This document shows positions 13,818-32,208 of a stretch of DNA of 64,000 nt, in pieces (position 1 is the first letter of the stretch; every line of letters starts with the position of its first letter). The DNA comes from Eledone cirrhosa (Eukaryota). The DNA lies in NCBI GenBank assembly GCA_964016885.1, contig OZ024740.1, forward strand, positions 298,902,001-298,966,000. Direction: 5' to 3'. The notes beneath the pieces are model-generated. The model was not told the origin of the DNA. It saw only the letters and a program-made list of their open reading frames with translations, and made no database searches. A program made the position numbers and the translations under genes.

Positions 13818-13818
<1 letters not shown>
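13225..13818 (-). mobile_element. RTE LINE fragment (C-terminal ORF plus start of 3' UTR)
   Basis: ORF 13398-13796: MLHGSETW...[12 protein letters not shown]...GRPRKTW, diagnostic of the RTE clade. Confidence 0.9.
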
Positions 13819-17082
<3,264 letters not shown>

Positions 17083-17101
17083 TTATATATATATATATTT
17101 A

Positions 17102-17183
<82 letters not shown>

Positions 17184-17991
17184 ACACACACTCATGCCTA
17201 TACATACAATCTCATTTATTTATTTATATATTTCATATTCCAATTTCTGAACAATGCCATCATTGATTACAAGTTTCGTATGTGCCAGTCACAGCTTCAC
17301 TGCATTTTAGATTATAAAAATGACAAAGGAGTGTCTGTAACATGGAGAAGAACAAATATCTCAAGGGATTTCATTCATAACTATTGTTGTTGTTTTTTCT
17401 TTTTTTTACAATGTTTTCTCAGTTTATATCAATTGTTGATATACATCAACGTAAATAACTGGAAATGAAGCTTTGTGTGTTTTGACAGTGAGTGTTTCAG
17501 TTGTTGAATCAATGGAGTAAACAGCTCATGAAATTATCAGCATAATTCTCAGGGACATTCAGCATGATATAGTGTGTGACAAGGCTGACCCTTTGAATAA
17601 CTAGGATAATGCATCTAATGGGCTTCCAAATAGATTTCGTCAAACCAACATCACTCATAAGGCTTTGATCAACCCAAATAGCATTTGTTCAAGATGACAC
17701 ACCAAAGCAAAATTCTTAGCCATTTGAATATTCTGTGTCTACATGCACATATATATGTATGATGTATGTGAGTCCCGGGTTCAATTAAGGGTAACCACAG
17801 TTAATAACGTACTCAATACATTAGTAGAGTGTAAACATCAAGTTTAATAAAGAAATGGCTTCTACAGGGCTACAACTGTTTCCTGGTGATTTCTTTTGAA
17901 TGAAATGGTTCTAGTTCTATAGAAGCCATTTTTATATTAAACTTGAGATATATATATTTACACAAACACATACACACACTCATATGTGTGT

Positions 17992-18029
<38 letters not shown>

Positions 18030-18228
18030 TTTTACGTCTGCTTTTTTACACTTGCATGGGCTGGATGGGTCAGCATGGCACTATTTGTCACAGTGTCATC
18101 AAACAGGTAAAACTCTAGAATAACAAGAATCACTATTCAGTTTTAATAAAATGAATATGAAAACTCTACTTAGGTATTGAGTACTACTTTCTCTCTACCA
18201 TCAACTACATACATATATATATATATAT

Positions 18229-20240
18229 AAGTAGAAGGGATATTTAATTTGTTGGAAATCTGACAAATATAAATGTTTATAACTGATTCAGAGCACTTGA
18301 CAGATTTCAATAATAAGGCAAATCACCCTACTATTAATTGTAATAATAATAAACAATTTAACTTAAACTCTAAAACTAACAAAATAACTAGAAATATTAT
18401 TTGGTATTCACCCCCATTCTCATTAAGCATTAAAACACCTTTAGCAAATCTATTCTTTAAAGCACTAGACAAATGTTTTCCTAAAGCTCACAGATACCAC
18501 TCTATCTTTAACAGACATACCATAAAACTATCCTACTCTACTACTATGAACATAGCACAAAATATAAATAGAATCAATAATAGAAACTTAAATTTAAACC
18601 CTAACCAAAATAACCAAAATAGCAATAATAATATTTCTAGCAATATCCAACATAATAGTACCGTTCCGAGCAACAACAACTCCGCAAAATGTAACTGTAG
18701 AATTAAATCAAACTGTTCTTTACAACATAAGTGTTTAGATAAAAACGTGGTCTACAAATGCGCAGTTAAAACTAGTGAAAATATATTTAACTCTGTCGGT
18801 GCCACTTCTACAGAATTTAAACTTCCTTGGAATAACCACAACTTTTCTTTCAGAAGATTTGATAAAAAATCTTCAACTTCTCTTTCAAACCTGATATGGA
18901 ACTTAAAATGCAAGAATATAGACTATTCATTATCTTGGAAAACCGTTTCGAAAGCACCCGCGAACCGAAACACAGCTTTATCTAGATTCTGTAAATTGTG
19001 TATTGAAGAATTTTTTTATATAATTAACTGTAAAAACTCTATTAATCTCAGAACAAATTTATTTAATTCTTGTAGACATCGCCAGAATTCAACATTCAGA
19101 ACTATATATAACTTATAATTATACTTATAATATTCCTATTAATCTCCATAACAATCTCATCTACTTTATTTTTAATATATTGATATCTCTAAATCATATC
19201 TCTAACATTTGCTGTACTTCCACTTTTTAAAAAAATTTATTATAATATATACGTATATAATTATAATTTTTTAATTTTTTATTTTTTAAATATTTTTTTT
19301 CTTTTTATTTTTATTTTTTTTTCTATTTTAATTTTAATTTTTAAAAAATTAAAAAAAAATTTTTTTTTTTCAATTTAATAAAAAAATTAAAAAAATGTTT
19401 TTTAATTTTCTTAATTTCTTAATTCTTAAGTCTTTATTAAGTACAATGACACCCTCTAAAGCTATTATTTAAATGTAGATAATAACCACTAACTGATTCT
19501 GGTTAAATGTATCTTAAGCATCCATGCTTATTTTGACTAAATAGTCTCACACTAACGAATAAATAAAATCGGAGTTTATCTTTCCCTATCTTTCCTTTTC
19601 AATCATATAGATATTATTACTTAACTCCGTTAATTTAATTTTAAATCATTCTCAATTTTAAATACATATTTATTTACATAATATACCCATTTATTTATTT
19701 ATTTATTTATCTACTTAAAACAGAACAAAAACATCCCTCGTAACTCATATTATAAACAAATTATAAACAACTAATAATTGTAAATTATCCTTTTAATATA
19801 AATACACATACTATTAAAATAAATACTTACATATATACATAGATAACTGTTCGAATATATTTCCCTCAAATTAACGTTATATGAGCTTTTCATTTATCTT
19901 TGCTTTTTTCCTTCTCTCTCTCTCTTACTATTTTTTCCTTCTACTCTCTCTTATATATCTAAACTCTCAATATTCGTTTAAATTAATGGTTGTTTTTCAA
20001 TTATTTACATATTCATTTGCATATTCACCCATAAGTTTGAAAAATCCATTATACATTTCCACTATCCAGGGAATATTCAACTGATAAGGTATGATTTTCC
20101 TGGGTATATCTCTATTTATAAAACAAACTTTGTATTTTATCTGAAGAAAGTGTACCAAAGTGTTTTGGTGCCCTTGAAATATATATAATAAAATAAATAT
20201 GGTTTTATAAATATAGTTTCCATTTATTTAATATCATTGT
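18229..20240 (+). mobile_element. 5'-truncated Penelope-like element (GIY-YIG endonuclease ORF, AT-rich 3' region, hammerhead)
   Basis: ORF 18273-19118 contains IIWYSPPFS, IFNRHTIKLSYS, CNCR..C.L..KC, VVYKC..SVG, NH..SF and CKLCIEE..CRH. Flanked by (TA)n. Confidence 0.9.
20133..20195 (+). ncRNA. Type I hammerhead ribozyme at the 3' end of a Penelope-like element
   Basis: uauuuuau CUGAAGA aag-uguaccaaa..uuuggugc-ccuu GAAA UAUAUA UA|auaaaaua. 8-bp stem I, predicted cut after 20187. Confidence 0.8.
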
Positions 20241-20254
20241 ATATATATATATAT

Positions 20255-20423
20255 TTATTAAAATAACAGATTAAAGTTTAATAAAAGAATCGCTGCTTTC
20301 ACCCTTAACGGGATCTTCTGAAACTAACAAAGTCAATCTGTGAACGCAGAAGTGAATATTTCAAAAAACGTTGCAACCGTATTTATTTATTTATATACGT
20401 TTATTTAATTATATGTATACACG

Positions 20424-20462
<39 letters not shown>

Positions 20463-21197
20463 TTATGTGTATTTGGTGTATACATTCGTATGCATGCGGG
20501 TACAGGCGTTGCGTGCGGATTTTTTTGGGGGGTGGGGGTGGGGTGTACGTGCGTGTATTTGTTTACCTATGGCCGTATGTTTTCGCGTATGCTTGTGTAT
20601 GTACGTATATGGATGCATGTATGTATTTTTTTTATTTCAATTACCTCTGTATTTTATTTACTTTATTCTTAACTCTGAAGCCGAGAATCATTCGATTTCC
20701 TAGTTAGAACCATTTACGTGGTTTTGTTGTTGCGTGTAATTGTTCTCCCCGCTCCACATATGACGTATTATCTTCTTTTTTTCTGTTCATTGCCAGAGTA
20801 CATCTCTATGAACCACCTAATAGAATATTAGTCTACGACTTCTTTTATACCATAAACGTGGTTTTGTCTTTGCGTGTGATTGTTTTTCACCGCTCCAAAT
20901 AATGACGTATTATATTCGTTTTTCCCATTCTTTGCCAGGGAACGTTTCCACGAACCAAAGTATCGTCTTCCTGTCTTCCTCCGGTTGCAACGATTTTTGA
21001 AATATTCACTTCTGCGTTCACAGATTGACTTTGTTAGTTTCAGAAGATCCCGTTAAGGGTGAAAGCAGCGATTCTTTGCTTAAACTTTAATCTGTTATTT
21101 TAATAAATATTTGCTCTACGGTTCTTATATATTTGATATATATTTATCCTTATCGAGCCCTCTTTGGATTTTAGTCTTCAAATTTATTATTATTACT
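20255..21197 (+). mobile_element. Penelope-type remnant with ~125-bp inverted terminal arms and ~80-nt tail
   Basis: 20255-20379 is the reverse complement of ~20982-21108. Degenerate hammerhead-like core cagaaga-uccc..gggu-gaaa at 21041-21064. Internal ~122-bp direct repeat (~20712 and ~20834). Confidence 0.6.
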
Positions 21198-21581
21198 ATA
21201 TATATATATATAATGAAAGAGTTGTGGTAAGGAACCAGATGGACCATAACACACCAGCGTACTCAATACTTAGGGTAGTAGAGTGGGTAATAGGAAAATG
21301 TATGACCCCGACGGCAAAGCTCAAACCGTTTTAACGGCTATTTCTGGACTCCAGAAATAGCCGTCGAAACGGCTTGAGCTCTGCCGTCGGGGTCATACCT
21401 TTTCCTATATATATATATATACTCACTTTAGAACTCACAGCCAGCTGTAGAAACGAAGCCAACATCAGTTCTGTATGAACATGACATGGCTACCTGACCT
21501 AGCATTGCTAACAACAGGATAACCTGTCCAACCCATGCCACCGTGGAAAAATAGACGTTAAATGGTGGTGGTGGTGATGAT

Positions 21582-21628
<47 letters not shown>

Positions 21629-22635
21629 TTAGAGAGAGGGAGAGAAAGAGAGAGAGATCAAATAGAATGATAGTTCAGGTAAAAAGGGATTATTATATTT
21701 CAAGTTAGTAGACATCTTTAATTAAAAGGTGTATGGAGAATAGTTCAGAGATTCTGCAGATGGGAAACATTACCATTAATTAGTGTCTCTTAATAGTAGT
21801 ATATTTCTATTATTGTTGTCTACATCTCCATTGTTGTTATTGTTTTCCAGGGTCATATGTGTGGTTTTTATTAATATGTTTCACCTAGACTAGAACAAAT
21901 GAATGTGTAACTAATTCCCTTAGCAGATGCCAATCACAAATTCTAGGAAGCTTTAATCTACTTAGATGGTAACACATCAGCTACATATTGTTAAATCAAT
22001 AAGAAAAGCACAATGCAAACCTTTTGAAGATTGCCCAAGTGGATGTTGGTAAATATTTATACAAGAAGTTGCATGTCATCTAGGAATGGTAAATCAGCCT
22101 TTGATTTTATTATTTTGAACCTCTGTTTATTAATCTTGTTTGTAAGCCTGTTATAAACAAATAAGCACCAAGTCTGAAAACTTTTCTGGTCAATCCAACC
22201 CAAACCAACCCAACTCAACCAGTCCTGATAGTGTTTCTTCCACTACCATCAAACAGTATACATTATGTATGTATATGTATGTATGTGTATATGTATGTAT
22301 GTGTATATGTATGTATGTGTGTGTGTGTATGGACCCATAACTCCTGAGGGAGTCGTATTGGTGCCATATTGACATACAGTGTTTCTCGGGTATTTTTAAG
22401 CCTGGTGGAGCCCATCTCCTCTCCAGGTCTGAACACAGTATGTTCCATACTCAGTAAAAAACTCACTGACTATATCAGCCACCATCCTATTGCTCTCATG
22501 CTCTCACTTTCAACATATCTCTTCCGATAGGAAAGTTGTAAACAACTGTATCCTTTTTTAGCTTGAGTTTCTAATAAATTCAGAGAAGTAATTAAACATG
22601 AAATTTAAGCCAAAATCTTTATTTGTGGGGATATA

Positions 22636-23346
22636 CCATATATGACGGCATACAAGTCAACATTTGGCACCTAAAAATATCTCTCCAAAACCAGGGGTCG
22701 ACTTGTCCACTGAATATAAAAAAATGAACCTTTATCACTGAGGGATAAACAGTGAAACTGCCTGCCTAACACTCATTGTACACCACTTAAAATAACTTTA
22801 GCAGCCCACCACAGTTATTTCCTACTGAATCTCATATTTATTAAGTCTATTTAACGTAGAGATTATAATTGTTTCTACTTTTTGGCGCAAGGCCAGCAAT
22901 TACCCAGTATAATTACTGGTACTTTATTTTATTGACCCCGTAAGGATGAAAGGCAAAGTTAACCTCGGCGGTATTTGAACTCAGATCGTAAAGGGATGTA
23001 ACTATGCTGGAAAGCATGTACGACCCTCTACCGATACTGCTAATTCACGTAGAGATTATAATAATATCAATAACTTGCCATAGCTCATAGGGTAGGTTAC
23101 CATAGGTTCGTTAAGGTTAGGCTAGGCTGGTTTACTCAGTGAGTTACAACTCACTTGCGACTGAAGTGTTTTAGAAGAAGTGTCAGCCTTTAGCGCACTA
23201 CAACATTTTTTTTATTATTTCCTCTGCAACTGCCTTATTTTCTGGGGTCGTCTTATTTGACGAATATAGGCCTAAACCTGAATTATACCTCAGAATTTTA
23301 GGGATTGACTTATGTACTGGATCAACTTGTACGGCAGCATATACGG
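22636..23346. mobile_element. Non-autonomous Tc1/mariner-pogo-type element with a nested SINE
   Basis: TA-flanked imperfect TIRs (ccatatatgacggcatacaag / cttgtacggcagcatatacgg) and repeated ggggtcgactt motifs. The SINE at 22870-23046 has a 16-bp TSD acgtagagattataat. Confidence 0.65.
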
Positions 23347-23874
23347 TAGCTTATATCCGACCAAAATTGGGATTTGCGCTTAAATTTGATATTCTTTATA
23401 TATGTATGTATGTATATATATATATATATGTGTGTGTGTGTATGTGTGTGTATATACATACGTGTATATGTTTGTTTGCTTCTTTGTGTTTGTTTACATT
23501 GGCACCAGTTAACAACTGGTGCTGTTTGTTTATGTCCCATAACATTCAACCCATAGAAATTGATAGAATATATATCAGACATGAAAATAAATCCTGGTAT
23601 TGATTTTATCAACTAAACTCTTCAAGACTTTCCACAGACTCTCCATGGCCACAGTCCAAAATCTCACTGAAACACATAAAAAATAAAAGCATATATTATA
23701 TATGTATACAGCAAGTAACTATACATAAAACACATGATTACTTCATTTCCACTTGCTTAGTGTTGCATAAGTGATAACTTGGTAATGTTTAAATGTGTCT
23801 AGCAGCAAATAATGTTGGTGAACGCATAAATATTAGAATATTTATGTTTTGCTGTTCACATATATTTATATACC

Positions 23875-24125
23875 ATCTTCCCATTCAAGAGAGGTAAATT
23901 CCTTATCTAGGATGTGACAACCTAGTCACTTCAGATACAAACCTCAGCACCACAGAGCCCACATGCAGCAGCTTGCAATGCAAAAGTCAAGAAGATAAGC
24001 AAATACTGCAGCTTGTCCAGCCACTTTCTCTTTGCACTGATTGCCGTTGAGACCTCAGGCGTCCTAGGACCCCATACAACTGACTTCCTCCATAAAACCA
24101 GAATGACAGAAGCCCATCTGTGGAA
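23875..24125 (+). mobile_element. CRE-like retrotransposon endonuclease relic
   Basis: Reads PFKRGKFLI*DVT...AACNAKVKKISKYCSLSSHFLFALIAVETSGVLGP, the same family as 2540-2690. Confidence 0.55.
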
Positions 24126-25099
24126 GGAGTCCTGTGTGGTGGTGTAGTTGTTGCAGCATGTGTCTCATACTTTGCAGCATATAGTTAGTCCCTTTACATT
24201 CTGAGTTCAAATCCCACCGAGGTTAGCTTTGCCTTTCATCCTTAAGTGGTCAATAAAATAAAATACCACTGGGATTGATTTAATCAACTTTCCCCTCCCC
24301 CAAAATTATTAGCTTTGTGCCTAAAACAGAAACCATTATCTTCCATACACTACGTATTCTACAGCCTAATATTTGGATAAACACTTGCAGTATATATACT
24401 ATACTTAATATAATGTATGAGTTTGTGTTAGGAAGGGGTTCTGGTTGCAGGAAATCTTCCCCCAAAAGCCTTATCCTAGCACAAAAAAACCCCAGTAAAA
24501 TAGTTCACTAAGTGCAGTTCTAAAAAGGAGAAAAATCAGAATCAATAAAATTAAAAAATGGAAAAGAAAAATGGATGTTAGATAAAGTATAATAGATATA
24601 TGAAATGATGACGATGATGTTAACCAGGCAAATGTTTGTGTTTATAAACTAGATGAAAAAGTAAGTAGTCCAAGTAACCCACTTTATCAAGTGTTGGTAA
24701 ATTTAGCCCTTACCTTAGGATTGGGAATATGAAACTATTAATTGTAAGCGGTGAAACTTCATTTTCAAAATAAAAACCACACATATATGCATGTATGCTT
24801 CAGAAAATTAGAATATTACAGAAAAACTGGATTCAAAAACTTACTATTCCTATGCATATTAGATGCAGCATTAATACTTCTTTTCTGTCTATGAACAATC
24901 TCACTAATTTCTAGAATGTTTGCTGTAGGCTAACAAGTGTAAAAGAACAGACAGATTTATGAATTCTGCTTATCTCGGTATATTACATTAATATTGTCTG
25001 AACACATTTCAGTAATACTTGTACTTTTCTATTAGTTTTGTAGTATATATATATATATATAATTTTCTTAAAGAAAATGCTGGAACTCCAATCATGAGC

Positions 25100-26000
25100 A
25101 AGACTTCTTATCTAATAATTGTCAAAAAGAGGGGAAAACACAAAAGGTTATAGCTGAAACATCTATCTGTTCCCATAGTTGTATATTGAAGTATCTCTCT
25201 GAAACACTGCCTGGACAAACAAAGTATAGCTGAAAGAGGTGCACCAGAAAGATGGATGGTTCAAACCTGAAAGGGACCATGAAAAAGTGTGGGTTTGACA
25301 ATGAGAGAGATCAATAACAAGTTGACAGAAGCAAGGATTTATAAATCAAGTGCCACCACACAGACAGCTTCAAGCCATATAGTTAACAGCTGAGTACCAA
25401 CAGCAGTCACTTCTCAAGTGGTTAACTTGAGTCAAGAGGAAGAAGGAGTGCAGTGTTGAGCAATTGTTTAAAGTGTTTTCTGATGAGAGCAAGTTTTGTA
25501 TTTCGTTTGGAAACCATGGTTACAGAGTTTGGAAGAGAGTTAGAGAAGTACAGAACCACAGTTGATTAAGGTCCAGCTTTAAATTCACACAGTCAGTGAT
25601 GATTTAGGTTGCCTTCTGTTAGGCTGCTGAGTATTTTCAGGATCATAATCAATGCACCAGTCTACCAAGAGATCTTGGAATGCTTCTTGCTTCCACCAGC
25701 TAAGGCATCATTTGGTGATGCAGAATCCAGCAGGATTTGGCATCTGCAAAGAGTGTTTGGTTTGGTAAACATTACATCTATGTGTTTCCTCAGTAAAGTA
25801 ACTCATTTAACATGAACCTCATAAAATCTCCATGGGATATACTCAAAAAGAAAGTGGCCAATTTGCATCCCAGCTATCAGGCTGAGTTGACAGCTACTAT
25901 CAAGATTATTATGGCTTCCACCATACCTATACTGTTTAGTTTTCTTTATTCCACTATGTATTGAGATTCAATATAGCCAAAGAAGCTCCAATGAAGTACA
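25100..26000 (+). pseudogene. Decayed Tc1 transposase
   Basis: VFSDESKFCISFGNHGYRVW around 25473-25535 (first catalytic D). A degenerate NPIENLW-like segment lies near 25815. Many stops and frameshifts. Confidence 0.7.
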
Positions 26001-26559
26001 GACTTATATTCCATATTGACCTTTCAAATTTCAACCAAATTGCTTTATTGTAATGTATGTTTGGAAAGACAAACACATTTCTAAAACCCTGGAGTATATT
26101 CTGCTGCTGTCAGAAGGAAAGCATAGTTGAACACATGTACGAATTAGGATACTCGAAAGAAGTGTTTTGAAATTAATGTACTACAACTCTCACAATGTCA
26201 ATCAGAAGTGTCATTCTTTATACAATGAAACAAGATATAGCAACCAAGTCATCACATCTCCAGCACCACAAGTGATCAATGAACCACTAAATGTCATTTC
26301 ATTATTGTACATGTTTGTTTTCTTTTCACACATCTATCGTACTTTATCCCACCTTTTTCTTTTTACATTTTTCCTAGTCATCGGTTCTAATTTTTTCTTT
26401 CATAGATGTGTATTTTGTGACATATTTTTACTGCTTTACTTTTTGTGCAATATCAATCCACTATTTGTTAAAGAGGGCATGCTTGGTGAAGATTCTTACA
26501 ATGTCATGTGTGTGAGAAATTATCACTATTATCATCATCATTATGTATGCGCATGTATA

Positions 26560-26591
<32 letters not shown>

Positions 26592-26994
26592 TATATATAC
26601 ATACACATACACACACATACACACACTGATACAAACACACGTTTTGGTGCATGTATATTATGTATGTATATATATATATATATATATATACATCAGTCCT
26701 ATATGAGCGACACGGTCACCTGACCTAACTTGCCTCAAATGGAACAAACCCATCTAGTTCATGCTAGTGTAGAAGATAGACATTAAACAATGATGATGAT
26801 ACACCCACGTTTTTGTGCCACAACAAAAAGGTACCAGGCAAACACACTAAATGTGGTTGGCATTAGGAAGGGCATCCAGCCATAGAAACCAAGCCAGAAA
26901 CAGTTCCGTATGAGCAAGTCATGGTCACCAGAACTGTTTTGTCTCAAATGGGACAACCTGTTTAACTTCTGCTTGCATGGAAAATAGATGTTAA

Positions 26995-27029
<35 letters not shown>

Positions 27030-27639
27030 ATATATATATATATATATATATGTGAAATATGATATATCAAAGTTTCACTTAAAAAAATGTTTTTATTGTA
27101 TATTGACTGTTACATATGTTTCACAGATGCTTGGCTTAAGTTACTCACCTGTAAATGTTTTCATTGAGTCTACATGTCAGAGGAGTAGATCGATGCTGCA
27201 GTCTGGTCTATTGCATCAATGAAAATCTGAAGACAATCAGCTGTGAAACATGTCGCGGTCAATATACATCATCATCATCATCATCATCATCATGACATCC
27301 ATTTTCCCTGCTAGTACGGGTGAAACTTTGATATATCAAATTTTATATATATATTCTGCTAAAGTATTGAGTGCTCACATTGGTGCACTTCCACTAATCA
27401 ACACAATTACTGAATAACCTCTCTCTCTCTACACACACACACTGCATGCACACACACACACAGAGGCATATATACATGCACATGCCCATCTAGTTAAGTG
27501 GTCGGTGGGATCAAATCTGGAAGCCTGTGATTACAGGCTTTCAGATTTGCAGCCTTTGTCACATACACACACACACACATATATATATTATATTATATAT
27601 GATGGCGATTTGTATATATTTATATATATCATATTATAT

Positions 27640-27692
<53 letters not shown>

Positions 27693-28363
27693 ATACTTTG
27701 GGAGGGTCATGTTGCCAATAAGAAACACACGCACCAGTTGCTTTCACTTCAGTTTATTATACATTTATAAATTTACAAATTTATAAACTTATAAATTTCT
27801 GGTTGGTTGGTTCCACAACCAGATAGTTGTTTATATATAGTCATAGTCCTTTCGTCACACACTCTGTGACCTCTTCAGTGACTGGGGATTCCTTTCTTTG
27901 TTTCTGTGCCTCTCCTTTGTTCTGTTCTACGCCATTTTGTTTCTGTGTGTGTGTTGCGTGCTCAGTCTGCGCATGCGCCACATCCGGGTGTCTGTGTGTG
28001 TTTATGTTCATTTATCTATTTGTTTATTTATTTATTTATTTACATGTTACTGGTTGGTTGTTTGTTCTATGTGTGTGTGTGTTTTCATTTTGTCCTTAAT
28101 TGTAAGTTGTGATGTTGCTGTTCCACTCATATTTTCTATTTAATTTTGGTTGTAATTCTTTTATGTTTATTGCCTCTGTAATTTGTCTAAACATTGCATC
28201 TTTTCTGTGTGTAGATTCTATTTTTATTTCTATGTTCTCTAATTTACCCTTGTGTTCTATCTTAGCATGTTGGTAGAGTACAGATGATTCTTTATTATCT
28301 TGAAGGTCTCGCCAGTGTTCGTTTATCCGTTCGTTTATCCGTTCGTTTATCCAAATTCAGAAA

Positions 28364-28405
<42 letters not shown>

Positions 28406-29989
28406 ATATATCATCATTATATATTGGATTGGCAGTATCGGTAGAGGGCCGGACGCCATGCTTTGCAGCAAAGAGTTATGGCCCTCTATGGTCTGAGTTT
28501 TAATCCCACCGAGGTTAACTTTGCCTTTCATCCTTACGGGGTCGATAAAATAAAGTACCAATAATATACTGGGATAATTGCTGGCCTTGTGCCAAAAAAG
28601 TAAAAACAATTATATAATATATTTATATCTGTCTCTATATATGTTTGTGTGTATATATCAAGGAAAACAGACATTATTAATTTTATTAGTAGTCAGGCAC
28701 CTATTCTATGATTTTCAAATAATTTTGGAATGTTGAGAAATCTGAAGTGCTTTCGTAATACAACTAATTTTGTTATTATGGAGCTGGTGTTTGGAGCATA
28801 ATTTAACAAAGTTCTTACATGAAATTATAATGGAAAGCTTTTAGATAAAACTTTTAATCCTTTATTATAAGATGGTGTAGGACAGAACAAAGGAGAGATA
28901 CAAAATAACAAATTAATCACTTTGTCAATTTACAGAAAGAGCTTTGAAAATTAGCAAATAAACAACCAACCAGTTATCAAACTAATCGATTCGAATATAT
29001 AATAAATTGAAGTGAAAACCAACAAGTGCATGTGTTTTTACTGGTGGCATGACCCTCACAAAGTATAACAATATCTGTTTCAACATACGTTTTCAGATAA
29101 TAAATCTTGCAAAACAAATACAAAAACGAAGTATATATTATATGTTATATATGTATTACATGTTATATATATGTTATATATTATATCATACTCTATTTGT
29201 TGATCAATAGATTAGTTACCTAATTAATAGTACAACAAAAGTGAAATTCGACTGGTATATGCGTTTTTTGTTAGCAGCATGACTTTCCCAAATTATAACA
29301 ATATTTCAGCACATGATTTCACATAAAAAATCTTGCAAGACTAATATCAAAATGAAGTATATCTATCTACATCTACCTCCCTAACCCCCCCCTCTCTCTC
29401 TCTCTCTGTATATATATATATATATACATCTAGGTAGAAAAGATGTATATATGCATATATATATATATATATATATATATGCTTTCTACCTAGATGCACC
29501 ATATCATTACATTTCAAATTTATCTTCTTCACTACACCACTTCTTTCCATTCCATCACCACCACCTTCATTCACCACCACTCTCTACTCTACTCAGCCAG
29601 CCACTCCATTGCAGCACTACAACAATCCATCCATACCACCACCACTACAATCACCATCCCCATCTCCATCCTGCCATTGGTGTACTAATTATTAACGACT
29701 TAATTTCTCTCCAGTGATCACTGTACAATTACATGGCATGCCTTTTATCTCGTTTAACTAGAAATTCCGCACTGACAATTTTGTTGTTTTCTCTGTTGTT
29801 GTTGTTAATGTTATTGTGAAGGTTTTTAACTTTCAGTTCTTGTTGTCCATTCTTATTTGCTCACCATCAATTAAGAGTGTTGGAAATTACAGCATGCAGA
29901 AGTTCCATGCGAAGCCTTGCTTTTCTCTCTCTTCCAATAACTACTGTTTGCAGACTTTCTGTTTAGTTATTTCTGTCAGATCTTTGTAT

Positions 29990-30395
29990 GCATCTGTGAG
30001 TGTTTTATACATAAATACATTTATATATATATATATATACACACACACACGTATATATGTATATATATACATACATATATGTGTATATATATATATATAT
30101 GTGCGTGCGTGTGTGTGTGTGGGGGGGGGGGGGGGTGCATGTGTGTATATGTGTGAATATATATATATATATGTGTGTGTGTGAATATATACATACATAT
30201 ATGTGTGTGTGTGTGTGTGTGTGTATATTTATATATATATATGTGAATTGAATATATATATATATTCAATTTTCACATATATATATATAAATATATATAT
30301 ACACACACATATATGTATGCATATATGTGTCTATATATTCACACACACCCACACACATATATATATATATATTCGCACATATACACACATGCACC

Positions 30396-30427
<32 letters not shown>

Positions 30428-30670
30428 CACATATATGTATATATATATGTGTGTGTATGTGCAGAGACAGAAGATATGAATTATGCATGCGTGCCTGTGA
30501 GGGTGAGTGTATATGTGTTAAGAGATTATTTCAAAAAGTAGAAGCCTTTATGCATATGTGTATAATATTATTCCTAAATTTTGATGTGTGTATTTCTGCC
30601 TGCCTCTCTGTGTATATACACTTATATATATATATACATATCATCATCATACATAAACATATATACGCAA

Positions 30671-30726
<56 letters not shown>

Positions 30727-30859
30727 ATATGTGTATATGTGTGTATGTAGACAAATGTATATACATATATATGTATACATGTATATAAATGTATATGTAT
30801 ATATGTATATGAATGTATATTTACATAAATGTATATATATATATATATATACATAAATG

Positions 30860-30898
<39 letters not shown>

Positions 30899-30950
30899 AT
30901 GTGTGTGTGTATATAGAGCTGTGTGTGTGAGAGAGAAAGAGAGAACGTGA
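29990..30950. repeat. Compound (TA)/(CA)/(TG) microsatellite field
   Basis: Seen directly; it produces spurious YI/HT/VC-rich ORFs. Confidence 0.9.
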
Positions 30951-32208
30951 GAAAGAACTATGAAATGTGTAAGATGTGATTAAAAGTGTGTCTGTGTAAA
31001 ATGTTTCTCCGTATATATATAATATGTGTATGTGCATTGCTAATTCAAGGACTGTCTTTGTTATTTTCATGATTTTCACATCTCTTAAGATTCAGTTCTT
31101 TGCAATTATTTTGAATGCAACATGCTACTGTAATTAGGTACATTGTATCCCATAGTCTCTAGCAAGACATATCTAGGCTCGTCTTGTAAAATACTCCTGA
31201 ATATCTTTTGTCTATCTCACATCTGATATTTCTCCATCGTGTAAACTCTAAACTCATATTTTGTTGGAAAATGACCTTGACATGGGAGAGCTAGTATTTC
31301 TATAAGTGAATAATTCATTTTTGGTTATTCAGGGAAAGGCAGAGTTTGGACAAGTTGAGGTAGAAGCTGGGTTTAAGAGGAATCCAAAGTGATGTGCAGG
31401 AGAGAAGACTGCATTGGTATGGACAATGATCATTGGGTGAAGAAGTGCTAGGAAATGCCAGGGGTAGGAAGTCACAGTAGAAGTAGACCAAGAAAGATCT
31501 GTGAGAGTTGACCTCAAATTACAGACTCACAGTGATGACAAAGGAATGCAACAAGTGGAAAGATGTTGTGCTGAGAAGTACCCACCCAAGCATGGAAAAA
31601 CAGACATATTAAATGATGATGATATAGTATCGTATAAAAGGAACTACATTTATGGTTGGCTTGATCAGATGGTATTTGTATTAAACAGTACCCCAGACTA
31701 AATTCTATCTACCTAAGTCAACAGTGCTGTCAATTGGTACAATACAGTATCTACATGTTGATACTATGATATCAGGGAACACTCACTGTAAATGTTGTGT
31801 AGATGTTCTTCCATTATTCTGAGAGATATTATACTTTGGTATTCCCAGATTTCTTATAGTGGCACTTCATCTAAGATATCGGCAGAAATTGTCCTCAACT
31901 TTGTAGTGATGCTTTATTAAAAATGGTGAATCAAGGCGATCTAATTATTTTTGGAATTCAACGTTTCAGGTTCAAACTTCCAGTCAGTCTTTCTAAAGCA
32001 TCTTTAATTGGACCTTCATGGCCAATATTCTAAACTGTCAATAGCCAAGTTTACTTTATTCTAAGTAGGTACAGCAACCTGATATAATTAATTGCTGAAA
32101 GCATCAGTAACAATATTGAGGAAATGACAAAGTACTAAGTTCAATTCCTCCAACAAGAAAGTTACCTGTGAAAGATCAGTGTTTATTTCAGAATAGAATT
32201 ATAGATAT

